Shown: positions 11,797 to 20,723 of the stretch, piece after piece
How the letters are laid out: each line of letters starts with the position of its first letter
How positions within the stretch are numbered: position 1 is the first letter of the stretch
The notes under the pieces: model-generated
Seen by the model: the letters and a program-made list of their open reading frames with translations, nothing else
What the model was told of the DNA's origin: nothing
Databases searched by the model: none
DNA from: an uncultured Bdellovibrionales bacterium
Lineage (GTDB): Bacteria > Bdellovibrionota > UBA1018 > CAIPTA01
Length of the DNA stretch: 64,000 nt
Direction: 5' to 3'
Assembly: GCA_964416595.1 (NCBI GenBank)
Contig: CAYQES010000003.1
Location: 1,419-65,418 of the forward strand
Program-made: the position numbers and the translations under genes

Positions 11797-13361
11797 AAGA
11801 TTTGTCTAAATCCAAAAATGTAACTCCCTCGGGCTTAGCTCTTAAAAACTACTACGGCCCCGAGCAAGGCAAACCCGGCGAATTCCCTTATCAGAGAGGC
11901 GTGCACCCCGATATGTACCGGGGCCGCCTCTGGACAATGCGCCAATACGCGGGCTTCGGCACCGCCGAAGAGAGCAACAAACGCTATCGCTATTTATTAT
12001 CCCAGGGCACCACGGGCCTCTCCGTAGCTTTCGATCTGCCAACCCAGATGGGCTACGATTCCGATCATCCCATGGCCTTGGGGGAAGTGGGCCGCGTGGG
12101 CGTGGCGATCGATACGCTGGCGGATATGCGAACCTTGTTCCAAGGAATTGATTTAAGCCGCGTGACCACTTCCATGACCATCAATTCTACGGCCTCAATC
12201 CTCCTCGCCCTTTACATCGCCGTAGCCGAAGAGCAGGGCGCGGATTTAAGTAAAATTTCGGGAACGATCCAGAATGATCTTTTGAAAGAATACATCGCCC
12301 GCGGCACCTACATTTATCCCCCACGAGCGAGCTTACGAATCATCACGGATATTTTTGCCTACTGCCGGGAATCGGTGCCCAAATGGAATCCGATTTCCAT
12401 TTCCGGCTACCACATCCGAGAAGCGGGCTCCACGGCGGCCCAAGAGATCGCTTTTACGCTGGCGAACGGTTTCACCTATGTGGATGCGGCCCTAAAAGCC
12501 GGACTCACCATCGATCAATTTGCGCCCCGCCTCTCCTTTTTCTTCAACGCCCATAACCATCTCTTAGAAGAAGTAGCCAAATTCCGGGTGGCCCGAAAAA
12601 TATGGGCGGAAACTTTGAAAGAAAAATACGGCGCCAAAGATCCTAATTCTTTAAAACTCCGTTTCCACGCCCAAACCGCAGGCTCCATGCTTACGGCCCA
12701 GCAACCCATCAATAATGTGGTGCGGGTGGCGATGCAGGCCCTGGCCGCAGTGCTGGGGGGGGCCCAAAGCCTCCATACAAACGGTTTCGACGAAGCGCTA
12801 TCGCTGCCCACAGAAGAAAGCGCCCGTCTAGCGTTACGCACCCAGCAGCTTATTGCCTATGAAAGTGGTGCTGCCGACGTGGCGGATCCCTTAGGCGGCT
12901 CCTATGCGGTGGAAGAACTAGGAAAAGAGCTAGAACGCATCGCCCGCTCGTATCTACTAGAAATCGAAAAACGGGGCGGCATGATTCCTTGCGTGGAATC
13001 GGGCTATGTACAAAAAGAAATCCAGGAGGCCGCTTACCGCACCCAAATCTTGATGGATAAGGGCGAACAGCTGCAAGTGGGCGTAAATTGTTTTGAGGCC
13101 GAAGAAGGCACCCCTCCAGAGCTCCACACCCTGGATCCCAAACTGCAAAGTCGCCAAATCCAAAAATTGCAGCAGTTTAAAAAAAGCCGAAATCAGAAAA
13201 AAGCAGCAGATGCTATCAAGCATCTTAGAGTGGTGGCCATGGGCTCTGAGAACCTCATGCCCGCAATTTTGCACGCCGTGAAGAATCACTGCACCCTAGG
13301 CGAAATTAGCGATGCGCTTAGAGGCGTGTTTGGAAAACACAAAGAAATCCTTACGGTTTAG
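11793..13361 (+). CDS. methylmalonyl-CoA mutase family protein, catalytic (substrate-binding) domain only
   Basis: Strong match to the mutase N-terminal TIM-barrel domain ([26 protein letters not shown]...). It ends at 522 aa without a B12-binding domain. Confidence 0.8.
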   Translation: MKDLSKSKNVTPSGLALKNYYGPEQGKPGEFPYQRGVHPDMYRGRLWTMRQYAGFGTAEESNKRYRYLLSQGTTGLSVAFDLPTQMGYDSDHPMALGEVGRVGVAIDTLADMRTLFQGIDLSRVTTSMTINSTASILLALYIAVAEEQGADLSKISGTIQNDLLKEYIARGTYIYPPRASLRIITDIFAYCRESVPKWNPISISGYHIREAGSTAAQEIAFTLANGFTYVDAALKAGLTIDQFAPRLSFFFNAHNHLLEEVAKFRVARKIWAETLKEKYGAKDPNSLKLRFHAQTAGSMLTAQQPINNVVRVAMQALAAVLGGAQSLHTNGFDEALSLPTEESARLALRTQQLIAYESGAADVADPLGGSYAVEELGKELERIARSYLLEIEKRGGMIPCVESGYVQKEIQEAAYRTQILMDKGEQLQVGVNCFEAEEGTPPELHTLDPKLQSRQIQKLQQFKKSRNQKKAADAIKHLRVVAMGSENLMPAILHAVKNHCTLGEISDALRGVFGKHKEILTV

Positions 13362-13526
13362 CCCTGTCTCCGTTCGGAGACGTTCGTGAAAATCGCAGCA
13401 GTCAAATAGTTGGGCAAGGTATCCATTCTGATACAGGGAACTTTCCTGTGTAAAATCCAGCTTCTTTTTTCGGCATTCCGGTTGCACTTACCCAAGCAAG
13501 CGTAAAACAAATTTTTGGGGGTATTT

Positions 13527-14249
13527 ATGAAAACTTTATTCTTCACCTACTTCTTATTAGTTAGCTTAGAGGCGCAAGCTGATCTTAAAATGGAAGTCGA
13601 AATATTAAACACGCATCATAATGCCGCTATCGCAGCATTAAATGAGATTAAAAAAGAAGCCCCTAACTGCACAGATTTAGCCGCCGGTGCCATCACTGAT
13701 GCAGTAAATGAAGCTCAAACCAAACTAATAGCCATCAATGAAAGCCTCAACGGAGCAGCTGCGGCTATGTTGATTAATACTATAAATGAAAATTCTTGCA
13801 CTATGCCATCTATGAATGAAATCCAATCTATGCATTCAGCCACAGAGCTTGTGCAAAGCGGACTGGCTGAAATCCAAGAAGAAATTCAGAAAAACGATAA
13901 AGAAATCCTCTATCGCCTTTCTGGTTCTGATAGTAAAAATAGTTCCTGTAAGAACCAAACTCCTGGAAATAAAAACACCTCCAAGGCCTCCCTTGCCTAC
14001 CAAGCTTTCAAAAATGAAATAAAAAACTACAAATTAACGAGCGATAGAATCCAACTCGAATTAGCAGGCCTTCCTAATATGACTAAAGGTGGAAGCACAG
14101 TATTGGCGGATACATCTAATGCTTGCAGTAACAAAAACACTGCAGCCTTATGGAGCCAGGAGTTTGTGCAGAAAGCTGCTTTCAGTGGCGATCGCGCTCC
14201 CGCTTTTATCCAGAACAACGGAAACAATTGGTCCGAGCAAGCTCTGTAA
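13527..14249 (+). CDS. secreted hypothetical protein
   Basis: Signal peptide (MKTLFFTYFLLVSLEAQA). RBS GGGGGT upstream. Confidence 0.55.
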   Translation: MKTLFFTYFLLVSLEAQADLKMEVEILNTHHNAAIAALNEIKKEAPNCTDLAAGAITDAVNEAQTKLIAINESLNGAAAAMLINTINENSCTMPSMNEIQSMHSATELVQSGLAEIQEEIQKNDKEILYRLSGSDSKNSSCKNQTPGNKNTSKASLAYQAFKNEIKNYKLTSDRIQLELAGLPNMTKGGSTVLADTSNACSNKNTAALWSQEFVQKAAFSGDRAPAFIQNNGNNWSEQAL

Positions 14250-14275
14250 TTCCTTAAAGCCCCCCAAACCCCCTG

Positions 14276-14311
14276 CCCGTTCTAGTTTCCCCCGACTAGG
14301 ACGGGTTTTTT
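14276..14311 (+). terminator. rho-independent terminator
   Basis: CCCGTTCTAG-loop-CTAGGACGGG followed by TTTTTTATTTT. Confidence 0.55.
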
Positions 14312-14607
14312 ATTTTATGCACAATAAGCAAAGGCAAAAAAGTCCGGCGCCGGACAAGCGGTGCAGCATTCGTAGACGTCTCACGCTCGTAAATGTAAGC
14401 ACATATGAATATCTTCGATTTTTTGTCCATAGACCCGGAAGAGATCCGGCACGCGCCCGAGCTCCCGAAAACCTGTGGTCTGATTTCCGTAAATTCCACG
14501 GGCGTAAAAATAAAATCCCCATCCCTGCCGGATTCTTTAAACAAGCGCAATTCGTGTTGCTGGTAGAGAGGAAGATCGGCCGCTTCGGCTAAACGAATCT
14601 TCAGCAC
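14296..14607 (-). pseudogene. remnant of a GNAT acetyltransferase paralog (N-terminal ~34 aa conserved, then degenerate)
   Basis: MLKIRLAEAADLPLYQQHELRLFKESGRDGDFIF aligns with MHIRPLQAADLMMLARHELRHSRENGRDGDFIF of the intact GNAT at 49018..49551. Similarity is lost downstream and the REP copy lies inside the ORF. Confidence 0.4.
14337..14364. repeat. REP-like element, copy 3 (centre plus right arm)
   Basis: aaaagtccggcgccggacaagcggtgc. Confidence 0.7.
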
Positions 14608-14612
14608 GAAAC

Positions 14613-15563
14613 CTACTTCTTATACAGCCCAATTTCCCGCAGGCGCTGATTCAAATACTCGCCGGCGGTGATATTGGGGTAACGCTTTTCATTCAAGCGC
14701 TGAATAGAACGCGGCAATGGGCTTAGATCCACTTCGGATCGAGGATGCACAAAAAACGGCATGGAGAAACGGCGCTCCCGGGAATTGCCGGGATTTACCA
14801 CGCGATGGGTGGTGCTTTTGAGCAAGCCGTTCGTGAGGTTTTGCAACATATCGCCCGTGTCCACGATGATCTGGCCTTTTAAAGCGTGGATCGGCAGCCA
14901 TGTGCCATCCCGGCGGAGGAGCTCGAGTCCGCCAGCGGTGGCTTCGCACAATAAGGTGATAAAATTAATGTCTTCATGGGCACCGGCGCGGATGCTTTGG
15001 GGATCACGATCGGCGGGAACTTCTGGATAGTTGATGATCCGTAGGATCGTGTTGCCGTCTTTTGCCATGCTCGGTAAGAGATCTTTCGATTCACCGATAT
15101 AGAGAGAACAGGCTTCCAAGAGTTGCATGGAGCAAACGTCCAACTGGCGATAGAGCTCCAGCATCACTTCTTTAAATTCCGGAATTTCCTTCGGCCAAAC
15201 GTTGGGTGGGTAGACTTCCAAAAGTGGATTACCAGGATTCAACTCCCGGCCCACATGCCAGAATTCTTTTAGGTCTGGTGCTTTATGATCCTTCGCGTGT
15301 TCCCGGCCAAAGCTCGTAAAACCCCGCTGGCCTTTTAGTTCTAAATCTTCGTAGGAACGTTTATTGGATTCGGGAAGGTCAAAAAAAGCAGCAGCTAATT
15401 GATAGGCCTTTTCGATGAGCCGGTAATCTACGCCATGGTTTTGGAGAGCGAAGAAACCCATATCCTTCAGGGCATCTCCCATGCGGCCCACAAAGGCCTC
15501 CTTTTGGCCCTGGGAGCCACGTAAGTACTCCTGCAGGTCTACTACTGGGATTGTTTGATTCAT
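14613..15563 (-). CDS. 2-oxoglutarate/Fe(II)-dependent oxygenase (isopenicillin N synthase-like)
   Basis: HxD...H triad (AHEDINF, TTHRVVNP) plus RFSMPFF arginine. Start taken at the internal Met (MNQTIPVVDLQEY); the ORF track extends 11 codons to a GTG. Confidence 0.7.
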   Translation of the reverse strand: MNQTIPVVDLQEYLRGSQGQKEAFVGRMGDALKDMGFFALQNHGVDYRLIEKAYQLAAAFFDLPESNKRSYEDLELKGQRGFTSFGREHAKDHKAPDLKEFWHVGRELNPGNPLLEVYPPNVWPKEIPEFKEVMLELYRQLDVCSMQLLEACSLYIGESKDLLPSMAKDGNTILRIINYPEVPADRDPQSIRAGAHEDINFITLLCEATAGGLELLRRDGTWLPIHALKGQIIVDTGDMLQNLTNGLLKSTTHRVVNPGNSRERRFSMPFFVHPRSEVDLSPLPRSIQRLNEKRYPNITAGEYLNQRLREIGLYKK

Positions 15564-15701
15564 TGCTCCCCCTTTTGCAAGGAGAACTAACCGCACCCAG
15601 TGCGCTTGGTCAAGAGCGGAATAAGCTGCCCCCTTTAATTGTTGATAGACATGCGGATTCGCTCTTATAGTAGGGCTTTCTTGACCAATTTGGAGCTATT
15701 A

Positions 15702-16460
15702 ATGTTGGATCTATTTTCCTCCCCCGAAGTCTGGCTAAGCCTCTTGATGTTGACCTCCATGGAGGTGGTGCTGGGGGTAGATAACCTCATTTTTATCAGC
15801 ATTCTGGCGGGGCGCTTGCCCGAACACCAACGGGACAAAGCCCGCAAAGTCGGATTGCTCGGGGCCTTTGTAACTCGGCTAGGTTTGTTAGCGATCATCA
15901 GCTGGATCGCAGGCCTCACGGCTCCTTTATTTTCAGTGATGGACCGGGAGTTTTCCGGAAAAGCCCTAATCTTGTTTGTGGGGGGCCTATTTCTCCTCTA
16001 CAAAGCCACCACCGAAATCCACCACAAACTGGAGGGCGAAGGCCACGGCGGCAGTGCGGCCCAAAGAGCCGCGACTTTCATGGCCGTGATCCTGCAAATC
16101 ATGCTGCTGGATTTAGTGTTTTCCTTGGATTCTGTGATCACCGCCGTGGGCATGAGCGATCACATTCCCGTGATGGTGCTCGCAAATATTATTGCCCTCG
16201 CTGTGATGCTGGCTGTGGGTGGTGCCTTGAACCGTTTCATCGAGCGGCACCCTACGGTGAAAATGTTGGCATTGAGTTTTTTGTTGATGATCGGCCTCGT
16301 GCTCATGGGCGATGGCTTAGGTTTTCACATCCCGAAAGGTTATGTGTACTTCGCCATGGGCTTTAGCGTGATGGTGGAAATGATTAATTTGCGGATTCGC
16401 TCCAAAGGGCAGCCTGTGCAGTTGAATCCCGGTAGCCCACAGCCGGGAGCGCCGAAATAA
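15702..16460 (+). CDS. TerC-family integral membrane protein
   Basis: Multi-TM protein with TerC motifs (EVVLGVDNLIFISIL, LLDLVFSLDSVITAVGM). Alternative upstream start at 15639. Confidence 0.75.
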   Translation: MLDLFSSPEVWLSLLMLTSMEVVLGVDNLIFISILAGRLPEHQRDKARKVGLLGAFVTRLGLLAIISWIAGLTAPLFSVMDREFSGKALILFVGGLFLLYKATTEIHHKLEGEGHGGSAAQRAATFMAVILQIMLLDLVFSLDSVITAVGMSDHIPVMVLANIIALAVMLAVGGALNRFIERHPTVKMLALSFLLMIGLVLMGDGLGFHIPKGYVYFAMGFSVMVEMINLRIRSKGQPVQLNPGSPQPGAPK

Positions 16461-16561
16461 ATTTTTGTATTTTGATGACTAAAAATAGCGCCTTGCAAAT
16501 TTAGACCCAACGCGTTATTCCTCCTCGCGCTTATTAATACAAATATCACGCAGGAGATTTT

Positions 16562-16942
16562 ATGAAATTCGTTCTTATCGCCATCCTCGCTCTCGTGGCC
16601 ACCAATGCCCAAGCCGCCACCCGCAAAGTGGAAAAAGAAACCATTATTTGCGACGGCATCGAAGAATCCAAAGGTTACAAGCTTGTACTGAAAGCTAAAA
16701 GCCAATCAAACGTAGAAGAAAAAGCTATTGCTTACTGGGCTACCCTCGATCAACCCGATGGCATGGGCTACGAAGGTTTGATCTTTGGTTATAAATCAGA
16801 TGTATATCTTAATCTAAGGCCTAAGCGTAATGGCAATGTTCAAGTAAGCGGCACCATCTACATGGACGATGCCGAGCAAGAGCTAGAGTATGAAATCGCC
16901 GACGGCACGGTGATCAATCTTCACCTTAACTGCCATCTTTAA
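16562..16942 (+). CDS. small secreted hypothetical protein
   Basis: Signal peptide MKFVLIAILALVATNAQA. RBS AGGAG. Confidence 0.5.
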   Translation: MKFVLIAILALVATNAQAATRKVEKETIICDGIEESKGYKLVLKAKSQSNVEEKAIAYWATLDQPDGMGYEGLIFGYKSDVYLNLRPKRNGNVQVSGTIYMDDAEQELEYEIADGTVINLHLNCHL

Positions 16943-16956
16943 ATTGAGTGAATGAG

Positions 16957-16990
16957 AGGCCCGCGCTGAGAAAGCGTGGGCTTTTATTTT
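16957..16990 (+). terminator. rho-independent terminator
   Basis: AGGCCCGCGCT-gagaaa-GCGTGGGCTT followed by TTATTTT. Confidence 0.5.
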
Positions 16991-17045
16991 CGAGCGGTAG
17001 AGTATACTCTCCAAGTAATACTCTAAATAGGTTTTTAAATAAAAT

Positions 17046-17447
17046 ATGTTCTTACTATTTTTACTTCTAACCACTTCCGTTCAAGCGGATCAAATTTGGT
17101 CGCCCGACAAATCCTACCATGTAGATGTATACGCAAATATGAACTACCGCTGTCGTAAAAATAAAGAGGTGGTGAATTTTGTGTATTACAACAATGGAAC
17201 AGATCCCCTCTTTCTTAACTCGTGCGCTGTCACTTATCATTATTCAAAATGCCCCAACCCAATGAGTGGTGACGGGGGCGGGCCCAATGATCTTCGCTGC
17301 CCTGAGAGTAAATGGAAAATGATAACCCCAGAAAAATCTCTCTTTACCTCCGTAAAAAGCAAGAAAGCTTGCGTAGAGAAAATTGAAAAGAAGTTGGAAA
17401 AGCTTAAGGCCCAAGGTTTTGCTTGTGAAAAGAGCGCGATCAATTGA
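17046..17447 (+). CDS. small secreted Cys-rich hypothetical protein
   Basis: Signal peptide followed by 8 Cys in 115 aa. Confidence 0.5.
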   Translation: MFLLFLLLTTSVQADQIWSPDKSYHVDVYANMNYRCRKNKEVVNFVYYNNGTDPLFLNSCAVTYHYSKCPNPMSGDGGGPNDLRCPESKWKMITPEKSLFTSVKSKKACVEKIEKKLEKLKAQGFACEKSAIN

Positions 17448-17457
17448 TCAAAATTCT

Positions 17458-18048
17458 ATGGAACGCATAAAAATTTTAGAAGAAATAAGAGCCATCGCTA
17501 CCACGGGCTTAAATTTCGTCCGCAGCCCTTACGATAAAGAAAACTACGAGCGTCTACTGGAATTAAGCGCGGCTGAGTACGCGGCAATCTTTGGGATGGA
17601 GCCTAAAGAAGTTCTCCACAGGTTTCAAAAAGAAGTGGGCTATGTAACCTGCAAACTTGGGGTCAACGCCGCCATTTTTCGAGGCGATAAAATTTTACTC
17701 GAGCAACGGGTGGACGACCAATACTGGGGCATCCCTGGAGGATGGGTTGACGTAAACGAAACTCCCGAAGAGGCCGTGAAACGAGAGCTGCAAGAAGAAG
17801 CTTCTTTGAAAGTTCGCGTTGAAGGCATTATCGAGATTTTTTCTAGACCCGCTGGGCAATTTAACCAGCCCCATAGTTCTTGCCACATTCTCTATTTTTG
17901 CTTAGCCGACGCGGGCGATCCAAAAAAATCCCACGAGTCTCTGCAGCTAGGTTTCTTTGGATTAGAGGAAATTCAAAATTGGCATAGGGATCATAGGTTA
18001 TGGGCAGAGAAGGCTTTTCGTTTTTATCGCGCCAATACGCAGAACTAG
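17458..18048 (+). CDS. NUDIX hydrolase
   Basis: Nudix box GGWVDVNETPEEAVKRELQEEASL. Start taken at MERIK, after the stop of the upstream gene. Confidence 0.75.
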   Translation: MERIKILEEIRAIATTGLNFVRSPYDKENYERLLELSAAEYAAIFGMEPKEVLHRFQKEVGYVTCKLGVNAAIFRGDKILLEQRVDDQYWGIPGGWVDVNETPEEAVKRELQEEASLKVRVEGIIEIFSRPAGQFNQPHSSCHILYFCLADAGDPKKSHESLQLGFFGLEEIQNWHRDHRLWAEKAFRFYRANTQN

Positions 18049-18076
18049 AAAAAGTCCGGCGCCGGACAAGCGGTGC
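18049..18076. repeat. REP-like element, copy 4
   Basis: aaaaagtccggcgccggacaagcggtgc, immediately after the NUDIX stop. Confidence 0.7.
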
Positions 18077-18165
18077 TTCATATGTTTTCCACTGCTACCA
18101 ACTGGAAAACACTTTGTTTTCCTTTTCCTTGCGGATTTTTGTTTCTGTAGCTATAGCTAGGCCCC

Positions 18166-18921
18166 ATGAACACAGACTATGTTGCCTGCCTAATTAATGA
18201 ATACGTGGCCCGCAAAGCACTCAATAACAGTTATTCCGAGCGCGCTTTTGCCAAAAATCTTGGCGTATCACCTGGGTTTCTTAAACTGCTGTTTCAAAAA
18301 AAGAAGCACTTGAGCCCAGCACGTGCCAAAGATTTTTCGAATCGGTTATCGTGGAATGAAAAGAAAAAAAGAATTTTTCTTAAATCTGTTTTGCACACAG
18401 CATCCGCCCGGAGAGGTAGCATTGGTCGAAGCTATAAACGCAAAATCCCTGCAACAGAATTCTTTGAAGTATCCGATTGGTTTTATTTTGCGATCATAGA
18501 ATTTTTAAAAGTGAAAAATGGATCCGTTTCGGAAGAGGAAATGGCTGCCGCGTTTCGCCTAAATAAAACCGAGGTTCGCTTTGCCTTAGATCGATTGCTA
18601 GAATTAAAAGTAGTTCAGAAAAAGAATACTCACACTTATTCTATAGCGGATCATTATGAAATCCCATCTACCTCCTCAGAGGCAATACGAAAATACCACC
18701 GACAAACGCTGAATAAAGCAATAGAGGCTATTGATTCACAATCTTTTACAAAACGCGATTTTAGAGCCTTAACATTAGCGTTCGATTCTCAGCGCGTAGA
18801 TGAAGTAAAAAAATTCATTGAAAATTTTGTAAGTGCTTTTGACAAAAAATTTTCTGCAGAAAATTTGGACAGTGTTTATCAATTAAATGTGGCGTTCTTT
18901 CGCCACGATAAGGAGAAGTAA
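18166..18921 (+). CDS. TIGR02147-like family protein (second paralog)
   Basis: Same N-terminal pattern as 5166..6095 (Y...L...Y.........S.R.FAK.LGVSPGFLKLL...KK.LS). Confidence 0.5.
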   Translation: MNTDYVACLINEYVARKALNNSYSERAFAKNLGVSPGFLKLLFQKKKHLSPARAKDFSNRLSWNEKKKRIFLKSVLHTASARRGSIGRSYKRKIPATEFFEVSDWFYFAIIEFLKVKNGSVSEEEMAAAFRLNKTEVRFALDRLLELKVVQKKNTHTYSIADHYEIPSTSSEAIRKYHRQTLNKAIEAIDSQSFTKRDFRALTLAFDSQRVDEVKKFIENFVSAFDKKFSAENLDSVYQLNVAFFRHDKEK

Positions 18922-19782
18922 ATGGTACAGTTAATACAAATTATTCTTTGCGGATTACTTTCAATGCCCACATGGGCCGATGATGGCGGCACAGTTGGCA
19001 ATGGGGGCGATCACAGCGCCATGGAATTCGTGGCTTATGGTTACGATCTTTACGACTATTTTCAACAGCACGGCGTGGGCTCATTGCCAATAAAATCCAA
19101 TAAATTCCTAGAAATACTACAATCCACGCGAGTGGAAACAGTGGATGAATTAAAACTCAACGGTGCAACACTTGATGCCGTTAACTATCCGGATAAGAGG
19201 CTTATTCAAATCGATCGGGATCGTTGGCTCACACTACGGCATCAAACAAATGCAGCGATGACCCTCGTTTTGCACGAATACCTTTGGATCATGGGTATTG
19301 ATGATTCTGAATATAAGCTGTCCCATCTTTTCTGGAACCGAATTACGGCCAGGAAAGCCACGAGCAAGGATTTTTCTAAAGGATTTGTCTGTACGTATGG
19401 GGCAGAAATCTCTTTGCTCGAGCAAATAAAGTTCACCAAAATGGAATCTGGTTACAAAGTAGAAGTACGACACTTTTCTGATGGCAAGTTCGTTAGAGGC
19501 TACGCTACCGAAATGCTCTCCTGCCAGATTTCGCCTTTTGATGGCCGCGTAGTGGAATGTGAAAAAATGATGGGATCTAAGCGAGTGGCTTATTTCTCCA
19601 GCGGAATTTCTTGGTCACGCGGCCTTTCCATAAAAGGCCCTCACGAATCCAACTGGTTTAGAAGCCAACTTAGCAGCGTGGAGCAAGATAAATCTTACTC
19701 TTATCCCGGCTCACGATGGAAAGCCGGCACCAGCTTATCCTTCGATTTTGCCTTGGAAAATTGTGTGGATGTTTTTTATTGA
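18922..19782 (+). CDS. secreted hypothetical protein (VGNGGD ... LHEYLW motifs); paralog-like to 6092..7336
   Basis: Signal peptide. Starts 1 nt after the TIGR02147-like gene stop. Confidence 0.55.
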   Translation: MVQLIQIILCGLLSMPTWADDGGTVGNGGDHSAMEFVAYGYDLYDYFQQHGVGSLPIKSNKFLEILQSTRVETVDELKLNGATLDAVNYPDKRLIQIDRDRWLTLRHQTNAAMTLVLHEYLWIMGIDDSEYKLSHLFWNRITARKATSKDFSKGFVCTYGAEISLLEQIKFTKMESGYKVEVRHFSDGKFVRGYATEMLSCQISPFDGRVVECEKMMGSKRVAYFSSGISWSRGLSIKGPHESNWFRSQLSSVEQDKSYSYPGSRWKAGTSLSFDFALENCVDVFY

Positions 19783-19804
19783 TAGAATGATTATTTGAGC
19801 AAAT

Positions 19805-19817
19805 AAAAGTCCGGCGG
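19805..19817. repeat. partial REP-like half-site
   Basis: aaaagtccggcgg only. Confidence 0.3.
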
Positions 19818-19889
19818 AGTGTGTTTGGAAATTGTGCGTTACGGGGCCCCCTCCCGAAGAGAAGGCCCACGCATTCCCGCGAATAAATT

Positions 19890-20672
19890 CTACTTTTCAA
19901 AGCGTAGAATCGCCTTTGCTCCCGTTACTCTACCTTTCAAGCTAGGCAGATACTCCGCTTCCGCCAGAAACTGCTTCAGCAGCGCGGCGCCCTTCAAAGT
20001 TGGATTCTTGCGCATAAAGGCCGCAAGCTTACCAGCCGCCACAGCCATTCCAAACCCATCCGAAAGGAAAGAAACGCGACGCTCTCCATCCACGGGAGCG
20101 CTCAAGTCTACTCCCGGAACCGCCAATCTTACTAAAGGTCCGTAAGAAGCAAAATCCGCTAGGCCCGTGAGCTCAGAATTTAGAATCGTCACAAATAATA
20201 TATTTCTCGCCGCGCATTTTGTGAAAAATGGGCTGAGCGTATAGCCAATGCTACCTAACGTGACCAAAAAAGCGGTTTCTGTTTTTTCCGCCATCCTGGT
20301 GCACATTTCCTCAACGCCATCGCCGCTCAGTGGCGCCAGCACAATGGCTGAATCCCGACTCGCAATATCTATGGCCGTATACACATCAGCAAGTGAAGCA
20401 TTTCCTCCCTCCTGAAGAACTTGGATTGTCTGGGCGGATTGTGCGCCGTTTTTCCAAGAAAAATAGAGAACACCTGTGGTGAAATCTGAGAAATTGTTTC
20501 CAGGCACGAGTGCCACATGATTCTTCACCACTTCTTGCACAAAGGGCATTTGCTGATTTCCGGTTCCAAGAAGCATAGCCAGCTCGTAAATCGTTTCAGC
20601 TTTTGCGCCAGCCGCGCACAAGAAAGAAAGAAAACAGATCGAAAATATTCGTAAGCTCATTAAATTTTTCAT
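19890..20672 (-). CDS. secreted hypothetical protein
   Basis: Signal peptide (MKNLMSLRIFSICFLSFLCAAGAKA) and a strong RBS GAGAGG before this Met; the ORF track extends 17 codons upstream. Confidence 0.55.
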   Translation of the reverse strand: MKNLMSLRIFSICFLSFLCAAGAKAETIYELAMLLGTGNQQMPFVQEVVKNHVALVPGNNFSDFTTGVLYFSWKNGAQSAQTIQVLQEGGNASLADVYTAIDIASRDSAIVLAPLSGDGVEEMCTRMAEKTETAFLVTLGSIGYTLSPFFTKCAARNILFVTILNSELTGLADFASYGPLVRLAVPGVDLSAPVDGERRVSFLSDGFGMAVAAGKLAAFMRKNPTLKGAALLKQFLAEAEYLPSLKGRVTGAKAILRFEK

Positions 20673-20723
20673 AATTACCTCTCTAAAATTTGTTTTGTAT
20701 TGCTGAAATTGGAATAGGTGCAT

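Noticed and set aside
14089-14592. 167-aa plus-strand ORF crossing a terminator and a REP copy
   Set aside because: It runs through the terminator hairpin of the upstream gene and the REP element. The region is better explained by the GNAT remnant on the other strand.
7318-18156. Exact 14-mer ttctgtagctatag shared between 7318-7331 and 18143-18156
   Set aside because: About 15 chance 14-mer matches are expected in a 64-kb window (N squared over 4 to the 14th). One copy is the coding end of a gene, so this is not treated as a repeat element.
19890-20672. Subtilisin (S8) similarity of SDGFGMAVAAGKLAA to the GTSMAAPHVAG serine motif
   Set aside because: The catalytic Ser position is Gly and no Asp or His motifs are found. 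The resemblance is probably fortuitous.
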